This document shows positions 1-16,501 of a stretch of 64,000 nucleotides of DNA, piece by piece. A program made the translations under genes and the position numbers. Positions within the stretch are counted from its first letter, which is position 1. Each line of letters begins with the position of its first letter. Under the pieces are notes generated by a model. That model was not told the DNA's origin and ran no database searches. It worked only from the letters and a program-made list of their open reading frames with translations. Source of the stretch: Tubiluchus corallicola (Eukaryota; Animalia; Priapulida); contig JAQGDQ010000003.1 in assembly GCA_030141605.1 (NCBI GenBank), forward strand, positions 2,108,001 to 2,172,000. The letters are read 5' to 3'.

Positions 1-4478
<4,478 letters not shown>

Positions 4479-4838
4479 CTCCTTTAACGTCACTTAAAAC
4501 ACTCTCCAAATTATTAACTATTCCAAACTGCAAATTTTAGTTCCTTGTATTGAAATATTTTGCGGCGTAGTTAATGCTGCAAAATCATCTCAAGTAAAGC
4601 TGAAATCAAACACAAAACCGCTATGGAAAAGATATGGATTGAATGTGGAAAAGACGGTGACGACGGTGGCGTACTCTTTCACATATTTTCTAATTAATTA
4701 AAAATTTGTTTTTCGCCACTAGGCGGCGGGACGATTTTTGCAATTTCACAGCTGATCTGAAAATGTTTTATGTGACAATTTTAGAACTTTCTTATACTGC
4801 TTATTTCTTCAGTTTTGCCAGTACAAATATTTGAAGAA
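4479..4838. promoter_or_regulatory. Bidirectional promoter region between ACTR1 (-) and the GOST-family gene (+)
   Basis: Divergent ATGs at 4478 and 4839, 360 bp apart; local GC/CpG patches including CCACTAGGCGGCGG at 4716-4729. Confidence 0.7.
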
Positions 4839-7800
4839 ATGGTAGTTGAAACCGTAACGTGTTTATTTATCATATTAATGATATTAGCGATACGTGTTAG
4901 TGGAAGATACTTCTTTCGAGATGATGTCAAGGTGTGTCACACACTAACTTTTTAAGATAATACTCGGGTTTCTCAAAACTTCAGGTTTTTTACTAAACTG
5001 TAAACAGTCACGTCTAGCTCAATTTGGTTGAGCATTTACTTTGCGATGTTGTATTTTGTGTGTATTTTTTAGATTGAATTTATTGCTTGTTTTGTTATTA
5101 GATTTGTGAAGTTCAGTAAATTCTGTAAGCTAATAATAATTAATAGTGTTAATAATAAAGTACCCAATATAAGACAGTTCTTTTTTCACAGTACAACAAC
5201 AATATTTGGCGCTTTGTCTTAGTGAATATAATTGTTCAGAGTATGATATAACTTCTAGTCAAAAGCTGCTTAAACGTCTGCTCATGGGCCACATAATTAC
5301 TGCAACAATCTAAAAGTAATGGAAATTCTGATTAAAAAATAAAGCATTATGTAATATCTGACATAATTTGTAATAACCATGTCAACCTTGTAGTTGTGGC
5401 AGTCACGATGGAAAAAAGAAACATTATGCTTTGGATGTTGTTTCATTGTTTCCATGGTGACCTGGGCTGTCGGATTAAGAAGAGAACTAGAAAATGAAAT
5501 AACTCAAACCCGAAAGTTTATTAGATTACATTGAATCTATGATGATGATTTTGGCTCTTTGAACACTATCCAGTTCAAAATAAATGAGCAAGAACTAGAT
5601 ATTTACAAGACTTTATTGACAATGAATAAACACAAAATTACGATGGCAATACAGAAACACAAAGGTGGTGCTTGCTGTAACATCAAAGAAGAAGAAAAAA
5701 ATTTGGAACGTTTCTGACAATCTCACAATTGTACGACTTCGCATCAACTTTGCGATAATAGTCAACAGTTCAGACCTGTCTAGCTCGAGCAATGACCCAC
5801 TCACATTTGACACTGAACTCACGCCTTCATACAGAAGTCTGCCTATCTCTTTCATTGACTACTAAGAAGATTCATCAGATGATGTGGTCGCTAAATTAAT
5901 AATGTTTTTGTTTACAGATGATCTATTCTTGGTCTGAAGCTTCTGTAGAATTGTTAGCAAATCAGGGATTTGGTTTTCATAAAGGTGGTGTAGTAGCATT
6001 TTCACTGCAATGTGATCTACTAGTAAGTTACTGGGATGTCCGTATACTAAAACTAGACCTACCCTAATGTGTTTGCACGTTATTAACAGCGTGCTTTCTT
6101 GTTTTAACGTTCTACAGTTGAACACGTCTCATCATTAGCTTTCGTCAAATAATTAGAGTAATTCTGTTCCTAATCATAAGTTTTATAAACAAACTCATAT
6201 CATTTACATAAAACTGAAATCTCTATAGAGACTTACAAAAGTCTGATTTAAAATTATTAATCTCCGTAAATTTTCAGAATGAGAGTTTAAAGCCACCTAC
6301 TCTGTGGTTGTTGTTATGTACCATGTCTGGTGGTAGGCAGGTAAAGAATTTTTACAATACTAATGCCTAGAATAAAGCTAAATTTATTTATAGATTTAAA
6401 ATTGTATCTGCTTTAGTGAACTGAGCATTGTCTGAACTCTGCACTATTGCAGAAAATTATTAGCTGTTACATTTGTATGACTTCTAGAAAGTGTGCACAG
6501 TTATGTTCCAATAAAAATTTTCTGCATCGCATGTTAATTATTTGTGGTATGTATTGCTTCATTGGGATAGTTTTTAACTAAAAGAGATTTTCAGTTTTGA
6601 ATGCTAGGTAATAACTCACGTTACGATTATGATTTTAGTAAACATAGTATCCCTTCTTATACTATTGCTAATGTTTTTTTATTGTTATTAGTTTGCTAAA
6701 ATGGGGTCATCTCAGTTGAAGTACCACTGCCATCGTCTTGACAAAGCTAAAAGTGAAAGTCATGTGGATGATACGAAAACAGACAGCATCTGTAATCATA
6801 CGTACATTGAGCGGAATGCAACCGGTGCCTACTATCTCACACATCTTGTGGAAAATAATTATTATTATCGCTTTCTTTTACTCCAGTGCCCAAAAAATCC
6901 AACACAAGTTCTGAACAATTCGTACGTCACGGAAGGCACTTGTCAGGTACAACATTATACATGTCGTATACGCTATACATTATACTCATTTGATACATAA
7001 GAATTACTTGAAAATTAATGTTAGCATATAACTCTTGAAACTGATTTTTAAATAATTAGAAATGTCTTTAAAATTATTTTTAGATATTATAGATTACAGG
7101 TCTACAGACTTAGAACTCCATATTCCATTTTTTCATAATGACTCATTACTCAAACTTAATTGAGTTAAATCTTTTTACAGTCTTACATGTATGACAGAAG
7201 AACGTATAACAACTAATTATTTTAGGTCACATGAAAATTCAATAACATTTACTACATTACGGTTTTATTTGACAAAAGCATTTCCAGTACTAACTGTGTT
7301 TTATGGAGATGGATGTTTGCTACTATTTTTAATATTTTGTGTTACAGAGTGTACTGATGGCAGTGAATCCTAATAATGAACATCTGAGTAGTGATGAAAT
7401 GCCTATGATTATTATGTACTACACATTTCTAAGCATTTGGGGTGTACTTGTCATCTTGTGGTTTGGAAACTCTCTTTATTATAGGCGGGTAAGTGGGTGC
7501 TACTTGTTTAGTTAGCGCCAAGTCTCAAAATTGGACTGGTAGCTGTTTAAGTATAACTTGCAGCTTTAAGGTTTTTATAGTCACTGAATTGACTTCAAGT
7601 AGTAGGAACTGTACGGTCCTGTATAATGTGAACTACAGTAAGACACGATAACATCATTATAGTGAAGTTGCAAGAGACCTACAAAAAAGTACTCTATAAC
7701 CGAGTTACTCTATAAGCATACATGGCTAATGATATGTATATGACTACTAGACAGACAAGCAATTAATAAAAGTACATGAATAATGTACAGTGTGTCATTT

Positions 7801-10800
7801 TCACACAATTATGACTAATTGGCTACAAAAATGATACATGTCATAATTGTGTATTATGTTTGCATACTGGCTTCTCATAAGTTACACTTATTTTGCTTTT
7901 AATAATTTCAAGAGAGTAATGTGTGCTGTTTTTTCAGTATTCGAACAAGCTACACAAATTATTAACCCTTGCTCCTATCCTCAAACTATTGATAGTTTCG
8001 ATTGAGTTATCTCGGTGGCACAACATCTCACAAACAGGTTAGTGACGTGCATCCATAGCTAATTACTTCTAACAAATTTGTAATGAAATGAGATCTTGTT
8101 AGTGGCTAGTGACTACCACACTCTTTTTATTTTCTTTACCATGAATACTGGTGCTGAGTTTTCACGATTAGTTTACAAATTGACAGGAGTCACAGCTGAG
8201 CATGCTTTATGTGGAAATAGTATGTGGCCACCTTGGGTTCAATATTTGCCGAAGGTTCTGTCAGCTGTAAGCCTTACTGAGTTACTGTTTACCTCGTAAA
8301 GTAAGGATGTATGTACATTGATGAGTCACTTCTGATGTTTCTGTGGCTCATTTTAGAAAATTCAGGATTAACCTTGATAATAAGCCAGGCTCCAGTCATG
8401 TCATAATTATCGTATTGACAAGGCCATGTCTTTGAATGCTCTAATCTAGCTTCCTTGAAGCATATAAAAAATGACAATTTAGGAAAAATAGATGCAAAAT
8501 TTTCTTTTGTGCACATTATAAAAATTCACAAGTGTTATTTAGTACAATTATATTTAATGTTATTTAACTATGAATAACTGTGTTATGTTTAATGATTGGA
8601 CTAATGCACCATTATAACAGTGATTTGGTATCTTACTGAAGGAATGGAGTTTGATTCCATGGAGAACATAACCCATTTTTTCCGCAGTTTAGAAGATGCT
8701 TTACTCTTCACACTAATTCTAGTTATATCAAGAGGCTGGGGCCTCATCAATTGCAAAATGAACAACTTCCGGTGGACCTCTTTTGTGTGTAAGTGTCTAA
8801 AAGTGTTTTAATGTGAGAAAATTTTTCAATAATTTGAAAGTTACATTAGCTTTTGTTTGACAACAATTTTTATAGATCACAGTATCACTGTTTGTACTGT
8901 CATGGTTCTAAGGAATATGGTTATGTAGCTGTCAATTACTTCTAATTCTACTTTATAAGCAGAAGGTCCCTGCTTCTAATCTAGGCTGAATCTTGCTTTT
9001 TCACTCTTCCTATTTATTCAAGTTTGGTTTCAAATATGTAATTAATTGTGATGTATGTACCATCATTACTGTTTGTAAATGTGGCTGTATATGGTGGAAA
9101 CACGTGGCTTGATTTGTGTTGCAGAAAAACTATTAAGAAAGCATTATAAGCTCTTTAGTGTTAAGTAGCAATCCTTTCAAGAATTGCTTTACAGTTATAA
9201 ATTATCTTTTACATTAACTTTCTCTCAAATATGTGATTGTTAAAATTAAAGCAAAGAGGCTTGGTACTTAATGATCATATTAAGAAGCTTGGTGAAAATA
9301 CTTATTGATGAAGAATTGAAACAACTAATAAATATCCTATTGTAAAATACAAGAAGAGGCACAATATTGAGTTGTCTTGGAGAGATTTTTTTATCAACAA
9401 AAGACCCTTATCAAAGGTGTATCTATAGAGTTGCCTTTACTGTCTACTAAAGGTCCTTCAGTATCCCTAGTTTTAAAATTCATGCCTTGCTTTACTGTAT
9501 GTGCACAGCGTGCAAACTGCAAAGGTTAAAAAAAGAAAGTTTGTGTAATTCTTCGTGTCAAGTATGACCGTTTTCAGTTAGTTGATTTGAGCTGCGTTAG
9601 TTATGCTCACGTGCACAAGTACAATTAATGAGCAAGATAAGTGAAATGACCCATGCCCTCGAGCCTATCAGGGCTCAAAGTTCAACTCATGGCATAGTTT
9701 TCTGTAATATGTATACAGATGCTTAACTAAGAATCATTTTCGGTTCTGGTGTATTAAAAAGCAGATCACCTAAGTTTGACCTTTCATACGAGATTTGTTT
9801 TATAAGCATAATAAAGCATTACAATTTTTGTGTTTAAGGACATACTAGATCATAATAGTTCAATAATAATTTCAGTAAATGACGTCATATACTGATTCTG
9901 TATTTTTACATTATGTAAAGTCATTCATGTGAAAGAAAAGCATTATAAGTAAGTGGTCATTATCAGCAAGTTTTTCTTAATGCACAAAATACTATCATTA
10001 TAATTGTTTTTCTGTTTCAGTTTTCTTCATTGTTTTTGCTGTTTCGCTTATGTGTGTCAGCTGGGTGCACAATTATTTTCTTGTAAGTACTACATTACTT
10101 AATCAATTTTAAAAGGTAGTAAGAAGTTGTCAAAATTTCAGGTGCCTATGATTTTGATGTGTATAGCAATTAATGTTTACGCCGATTACTTATTGTTGCA
10201 TTTTACCGGTTACTGACTGAATATAAAAGCTGTGTTACAACAATGAACTCTAGTCTAGTACACGCAAACAAATTTAATATTAACTATTTAAACTATCCTC
10301 GCCATCTTCAGCATTAAACATGGAACCCCAACCGAATTAAAATATCGCAGATGCAATACATTCCCACTTTTAATTCCAATGGCTGTAATATTCTCACTGA
10401 ATTTTCCTTTGAAGTAGTCTATTAAAAACAGAAACTACATTATTACCATTGTTACCGTTATTTCCAAAAAATATCATTATAACCTGTTTGACGTATGTGT
10501 TCTTTTTACGTTAGTCATAAACTTAGTTTGCTGGTGGCAGCAAGTCTATTATGCTTGAATTACTACTATTGCATGAATAGAATTTCAGCGGATAAGTAAT
10601 GCTATTAAAAGTGCCATACTTAGATCATTTTGTAAATTTCGAAAATTTCGTTAATTTTTGCAACACAAAACACTATTAGCATTACGAAAATTGCAAAATA
10701 GAGATTTTAGAATAAAACCTCTTAGAGTAAAGCTTGTTTGTTCTTTTTAAGTTAGTTGAGCTTAATTTCATAGATCATTATAATTTCTCAGTGCCTTAAA

Positions 10801-11298
10801 ATGTTAAAATTGTCGTCCATGAAAGTTTGAATATTCAAACAAGACAGGTATGGGTCTGTAAGCTGCTTGAATTCTAGGTGGTGATGCTAGCAAGCTTGAT
10901 GCTTTAAACACACCACTCACTTCAAATTCATTTAGAGTAGGATTTTTACTGCACTGTGTACAGTAATCTTCACTGTTCACAATGTAAAAGTCAAATACAC
11001 ATTGTTGAATCACGTGATAGTAGATGAGATTACCAGGGCATGTGCGTGTGATGAATAATGGTGATGATGTACTTGTATGTACACATATGTGGTACTTGCG
11101 ACAGTCAAGCGAGTCGAAGAATGTGCCATCTTCTTTGCATTTGAATTCCTTGCAATTATCAACAGGAACAGATGGCGCTTGTGTAGTAGTAGTGGTTGAT
11201 GTCGTTGTCATTGGCGGTTTTTGACTTGTGCTTCTCATTTTCTTTCTTGTTGGTCGACTACGTGTTGTTGTTGCCATTCTTGTTGTTGTAGGCTTTTC

Positions 11299-11334
<36 letters not shown>

Positions 11335-14300
11335 CATTGTTGTTTTAGCCTGAGTTGCAGTGCCAACACTGTTTCCCAGTACTTCATTGATTTTGCGTAG
11401 TAAGGGATATTTTCCCTGCTCGCACTGTGTTCCCGAAAAGTCATCAAAATCTAGCGACCAAATCATTGCACCTCCCAACTGCTTTTCTGTCACAAATTCT
11501 GCCTGTAACAGAAAATGTCCAATAATGAGAAAAAAGATATCAGCTCAGTCACTGTGGGGTTAATCAGTTTTTGAGGTAAGAGTGTTTGTGGTTAATACCT
11601 CCTTCTGAATCACTTATCTTTCCTAATGACTTAATAATATGCTTTACTTTTAGCAGTAACAAAAATATATTTAAAATTTGCCATTGGTTGTCACTCGTTT
11701 TATGGACTTTTTCTGTTAGAATTGGCTAAGATTAACAAGAATTAGTGTCGCAGCTTGAACTTGAAAAGCAAACACCACTAGCAGAGCTGAGCTGAGTCAC
11801 TGAAGAACAGCAGTAGAAATATTTAAGATTAAATTTCGCGTTAAGGTGTTGGAGAACTAGTGCTAACACTTTCAGTTATTTGTTAATTAGTAAACAACTG
11901 ATTCTGGGTTCTGAAATGGCCATTATTGTGCACCTTTGCTCCAATGCTTTCCATGTCATCGTAAGCGGCCCATTGAGTGCCCTTGACAGCATACGGCACG
12001 GCAGATTCTTGATTCCACTGTCTCTTGAATCCACTATGAAGACTGATGCACATCTGAAAATGAATGTAGTTTAAACGATGCTGTTTGACAGCTAATTCAG
12101 TAGTTCCAATTCCCAAGACTGGAACACATGCCAGTATTCTAAATGTTAAAAACATTTCTACATAAAGCTTCTGAAAAGGTGTAAAACTATTTGAAAAACA
12201 AAACTGCATTGTTTGAGAATTGCCATTAACAGGATTTTGCAAAAAATGTCTTACGGACAATCATTTTTAAGCTTGAGACACTATACATAATTAGATAAGC
12301 ATGTTACACGTTACTGTCAAATTAAAAAATTATTATCATTAAGTTTACATGAAATATTCCCTGGTGCTTCAATTGCTTTCTAAATTAGTACAAAATATTA
12401 TTTGCATTTGAATGTTTAACACAAAAATATATTGGATGCAAAACGTTTGCATGCAATCTCTGCATAAGATACATGGTTAAAAAACTATTCTAATTAGATC
12501 GTTTACACAAATCTGTCTTAATATTACCTCATAATATGAAACGAATCCAGCTTGTCTTGTGTAAGGACCAGCTTTGCAAGGTTGCTTTGTGATTGGGGCA
12601 CCAAGTTTGTCGTTGTTAGCATTGCTAAGCAAGACACATCGCCCATACATTGGCATGCCCAAATTCAGCTTAGCTGGAGGGGCACCATCCCTGATCCACT
12701 TTTCTACTCCCCATTTCTACAAGAAGAGTTCTTTTTAATCAATGCATTTCGCTGAGCATTGTAGTCTTGTAGGTGTACCACATCTATACAAATTTAACTT
12801 GAATTTGAACTAATGCGAATTTCAATGATTACAAGTTTTTCAGTCAGTTTATTTGTCTTGCATGTGCTTTTGACTTTCAGTTTTGATAATTTGTTAAATT
12901 TACCACATTGAGACTTAGTTGGTCTGGATCTTCATCGCTCCGTGGGTATAGAGGTGCATTGTGACCGGTGAACGTGTCCCATGTCCCGTGCATGTCATAA
13001 GCCATCAAGTTCACAAAATCAGCATGTCTGAAATTGTATAACTGATCCATTCAAAAAGTTTATTGCACTCTCAGCTACAAATATAAAGTTGTTTCAGTGG
13101 AAGACAGTAAATGTAGTACCTTATTATACCAGCTATATCATATCCTGGTCCCAAGTAATAGTTGCCTACAGCAACAGCTGCACTCAACAACATTTTTGCT
13201 TTTCCACTTTTTTTAGCCTCCAGCCTAAATTCTTCTTGGATTGCCTACAAAGTAAGCAATAAAATTGTTAGTAATGTGTCGCCTCACTGCTTACGTTGAC
13301 TTGCATTCTAAAATGTAAATGTATATAATACATATAAAATGTAAATGATTAAACCTTATAGGTACAAACGTCAAATTCTCACAAAAATTATCTCCATAAG
13401 TAAGTAAAATAACCATGCCTTTAACTTATAATTGGAGTGCATCTCAAATGTGTTAATTAGTCTTAAAACAGTTCTCTGTTATCCTTTAGACCATTAGTAC
13501 AGTCAGTAGCACTTCACTAATTTCTTCTACAGTCATTTATGTCACCTTAATGAATACCAGCAGATGTCATAAACACATGCTAAAACTTGTTTTCTGCCAC
13601 TGCTCACCTGCATAAGAAGAGGGTAGTTTTTCTTGTCGTTGGAGCTACCTCCGCGGTTCACCTCACCTGGAAACTCCCAGTCAATATCTAATCCATCAAA
13701 ATCGTATTTTCTGAAAGCAGCATAATATAAACCCTATGTGCTTTCATATTAGAATCAGTTAATTTGTCTTTTTGTGCAAATTGTGAGGAGTTTTTTTTTA
13801 AATAACTGTTGTAATTTCATAACTTCTAAGTGCAGCAACATTATGCTATTTTCCTCAAGGTTCTGTTTTACATGTTATTTTGTCAACCGCACTTATTTAT
13901 CAGCTAACTGAGCTGACTTGGCTTCCAAGATATGACTTCTTCATTCACATAGAGCATCTAAGTTTCCATTTTCTGATATTTTAATTTCTTATAATCGAAG
14001 TTATACTCTGTATAATGATCTTTTGTTTAAAACAGCAGACTTAAAATCCTGCACATTAATTTAACATGGATTAAACTATTGTACTGTTTGTCACTGTCAA
14101 GCTTATACACTACCTAATTGTCAATGCCCGTTTTTTGACAATCATTTGTGAACTATTAAGCATAATTACTTCTTGCCGGTGTGACTGAGATGAAGTGTTG
14201 CCGCTGGATTATGTAAATGACGGACAATGACGGAGGCATCTCATCATGATGAATATGATGCATGTCAAATACAAATTCAAGATAATACTCAAATTATCAT

Positions 14301-16501
14301 CATTTGATGTACAATAACTCACCTGAGGAATTTGACTGCACTGCCTGCAAAACTTGTGCGGCCATTGTCAGAAGAGCTCATCGTACTAAACGGAGCTGAC
14401 CCAAAGTTATAACCTCCAACAGCCAGTAATACCTTCAAATCTTTGTTGATACTTTTCAGAGCAACTATTCTCATGTACATCTCTGACCATAACATAAATA
14501 TCAAGAATAAATAACTGGCAAATTTAAATCTACTACTATTCCACTTTTAGTTAAATTACATTTTCCAATTTTATTTTACCAATATTCAGCCATCTCCGGC
14601 TTTTATAGTTTATAGGTGGGCTGAGGGAGGTCTTTTTGTGGGACTTCATTGGAGTAGTAAAGAAATAGAAGAATTAATAGAGAGCTATTTTGCAAACTGT
14701 GGTCTTTATTTAACTTTAAATTGATTTAAACGAGTCAGCTGTTTCTTACCTTCGTCATTCCATTCATGTGTTTTTAAGTTAAATGACGGAGCTGCTCCGA
14801 ATGTGGCAAAAGCAAATATCACGTGAGTACAAAGCAATGGATCTATGTCTTCCGGAACAAACTTTGCTATTCCACTTCTATACTGAGACCAGTTTGTGTA
14901 ATAGCAAACTGTTCTGTATGCTGTTGCCATTTGGTTGAGAATACAAGCAGCTAGAAGAAGCAGTAGTGATGATCTAATTTCCATAATGCTATGGATAATT
15001 TTCACAGTGCTGGTAATTCTGATAGCGATGACAACGAAAAACGGTGATGAGCCACTGCACCTGTATCCAAAGACTCTGTCAGTTTCGGCTACCGTTAAGT
15101 TAAATATTTATAACTATTCTTCTTCTTGTGATACAGAGAAAAATGCATTTTAACTTTACATCATTTATGCCAAGACATAAAAACTTACTTTCTTACCTTG
15201 TTCTCACCTGTTGCAAACGTCCTTGTAAGTCAATTGTAGGTGCACCATAAAATATTACAAATGGACAAACTGGTATCTAAGCTGAGTATTGCTAAACGTT
15301 TTTGCTTCCAGGCTCATGTATTGCTAACTGAAGTTGCTTTCTTATCAAGAATTTATGGTTTAAGTAGTTGAAAGTAAATGTTTCTTATTTTACGGTTGAA
15401 GTGTAAATATGCAAAGAGACCATCTGTCTAGATTAAAAAAAATGTGATTTGAATAATGGCATTAAATATATTTCCCTCACTTTGGTATGTGCACCGGTTA
15501 GCCCAATATTGGCTACATGTAATGCTTTGTTTTTTTATTTTTGTGTTCTCTTTGCCGAGATGCAACTAGTACATTGTGTAACCCAAAATTTTATTCATTT
15601 TCTTAAGATATTGTATTCATTGTGACATGAGGATGCTTAGTCATAATATAGCTAATGTGTTGTGTGGCTAGTTCAGTATGTCTGGCTTGATGTTGTTAAG
15701 TGAAAGTAGTGGAGATTCATTGTGTGCATACACAATTGCTTGAACCTTTTACATTACATTTCTAAGGCCAATCAAACTGGATTTCTAAGGCCAAATTGTA
15801 AACAGGGAATTTACTTTTTTAACGTCTCTTGTTTTGTATTTATATGTAGCAGTTGTTGTCCAACCTGATTTCTTATTAGGCAAACTACTGCTTCCATCTT
15901 TTTTGCATTTTGCAATTTAATTAACTGTTTGTGCTGGATATTTAATACAATGTTAGTTATCTTTAATACATGCACATTTTCTTTTCAGGCATTTTCAATC
16001 TGTTGTGTGGTATTCCTCACCTACAAATCCTTGAAATGCTGCTCATTAAACATCGAATTCCTGCAACGGAGACGAAGGAAGTTTCGTCATTTTGTGCATC
16101 GTTGTCACTTGCAGTATTGTTCTTCAGCGACAGTGGAAAGCCAGCTAGCTCACAAGGTAGAAATTTTCACTCGTTTTCGACTGGTATGTGCTGCGTATTC
16201 ATTGGCGTTTTCTCTCGTAGTTACATTGGCCATGTTTTTAAATGAGTATAGTTATGTTCAAACAGTTACCTATGAACTGCCCAAGCTGATGGCTTATGTT
16301 GCCCTGGGTGTGATATTCCGTCTTCGAAACTTCAAACCGTTTGAACACATAGAGCTTACTCCACCGAAGGAAAATGTGATGGTTTTTATGCTGCCTGAGG
16401 TCAGCACTGGCTATGTTTATCCCGAAGTTGTGCTAGGCATACCTGACACTGCCATACAGACAGAGCCTACAGTGTTTAAGAAGAGAAAGAGAAGAGTTTA
16501 G
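4839..16501 (+). CDS. GOST-family (GPR107/GPR108/TMEM87-like) signal peptide + lumenal GOLD-like domain + multi-pass (7TM-type) membrane protein, about 490-500 aa
   Basis: Exons (+): 4839-4931 (signal peptide MVVETVTCLLFILMILAIRVSG); 5918-6022 (QGFGFHKGG); 6278-6340; 6692-6946; 7348-7488 (VNPNNEHLSSDEMPMIIMY + TM1); 7938-8037 (NKLHKLLTLAPILK); 8642 or 8621-8788 (LILVISRGWG); 10021-10082; 15989-16501 (ends KKRKRRV*). Phases are consistent. The FGF-GG, N-HLS-E-P and GW motifs match the lung-7TM/GOST family. Confidence 0.8.
10804..14984 (-). CDS. Secreted GH18 chitinase with Thr-rich linker and CBM14 (peritrophin-A) chitin-binding domain, about 584 aa; nested in an intron of the GOST gene
   Basis: Exons (-): 14984-14750 (signal peptide, VCYYTNWSQYR, CTHVIFAFA); 14482-14323 (KVLLAVGG); 13710-13608 (catalytic FDGLDIDWEFP intact); 13244-13120; 13027-12904 (NLMAYDMHGTW); 12716-12528; 12053-11934; 11502-10804 (GGAMIWSLDFDDF, poly-T linker, Cys-rich CBM14). 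Total 1755 nt in frame. Confidence 0.96.
11299..11333. repeat. (TTG)n microsatellite encoding the poly-Thr linker of the chitinase
   Basis: About 11 TTG units; reads ACA (Thr) on the - strand. Confidence 0.9.
15105..15112 (-). promoter_or_regulatory. Candidate TATA box of the nested chitinase
   Basis: TATAAATA on the - strand about 120 nt upstream of the ATG at 14984. Alternatively there is an upstream non-coding exon (donor AAG|GTAAG near 15197, acceptor near 15061). Confidence 0.35.

Noticed and set aside
5008-5050. tRNA-like TAGCTCAATTTGGTTGAGCA
   Set aside because: D-arm/A-box only, with no T-arm; at most a SINE fragment.
8096-8516. Intronic ORFs as extra exons or a hAT transposase C-terminus
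   Set aside because: Not required for the host reading frame; resemblance to hAT is too weak to support.
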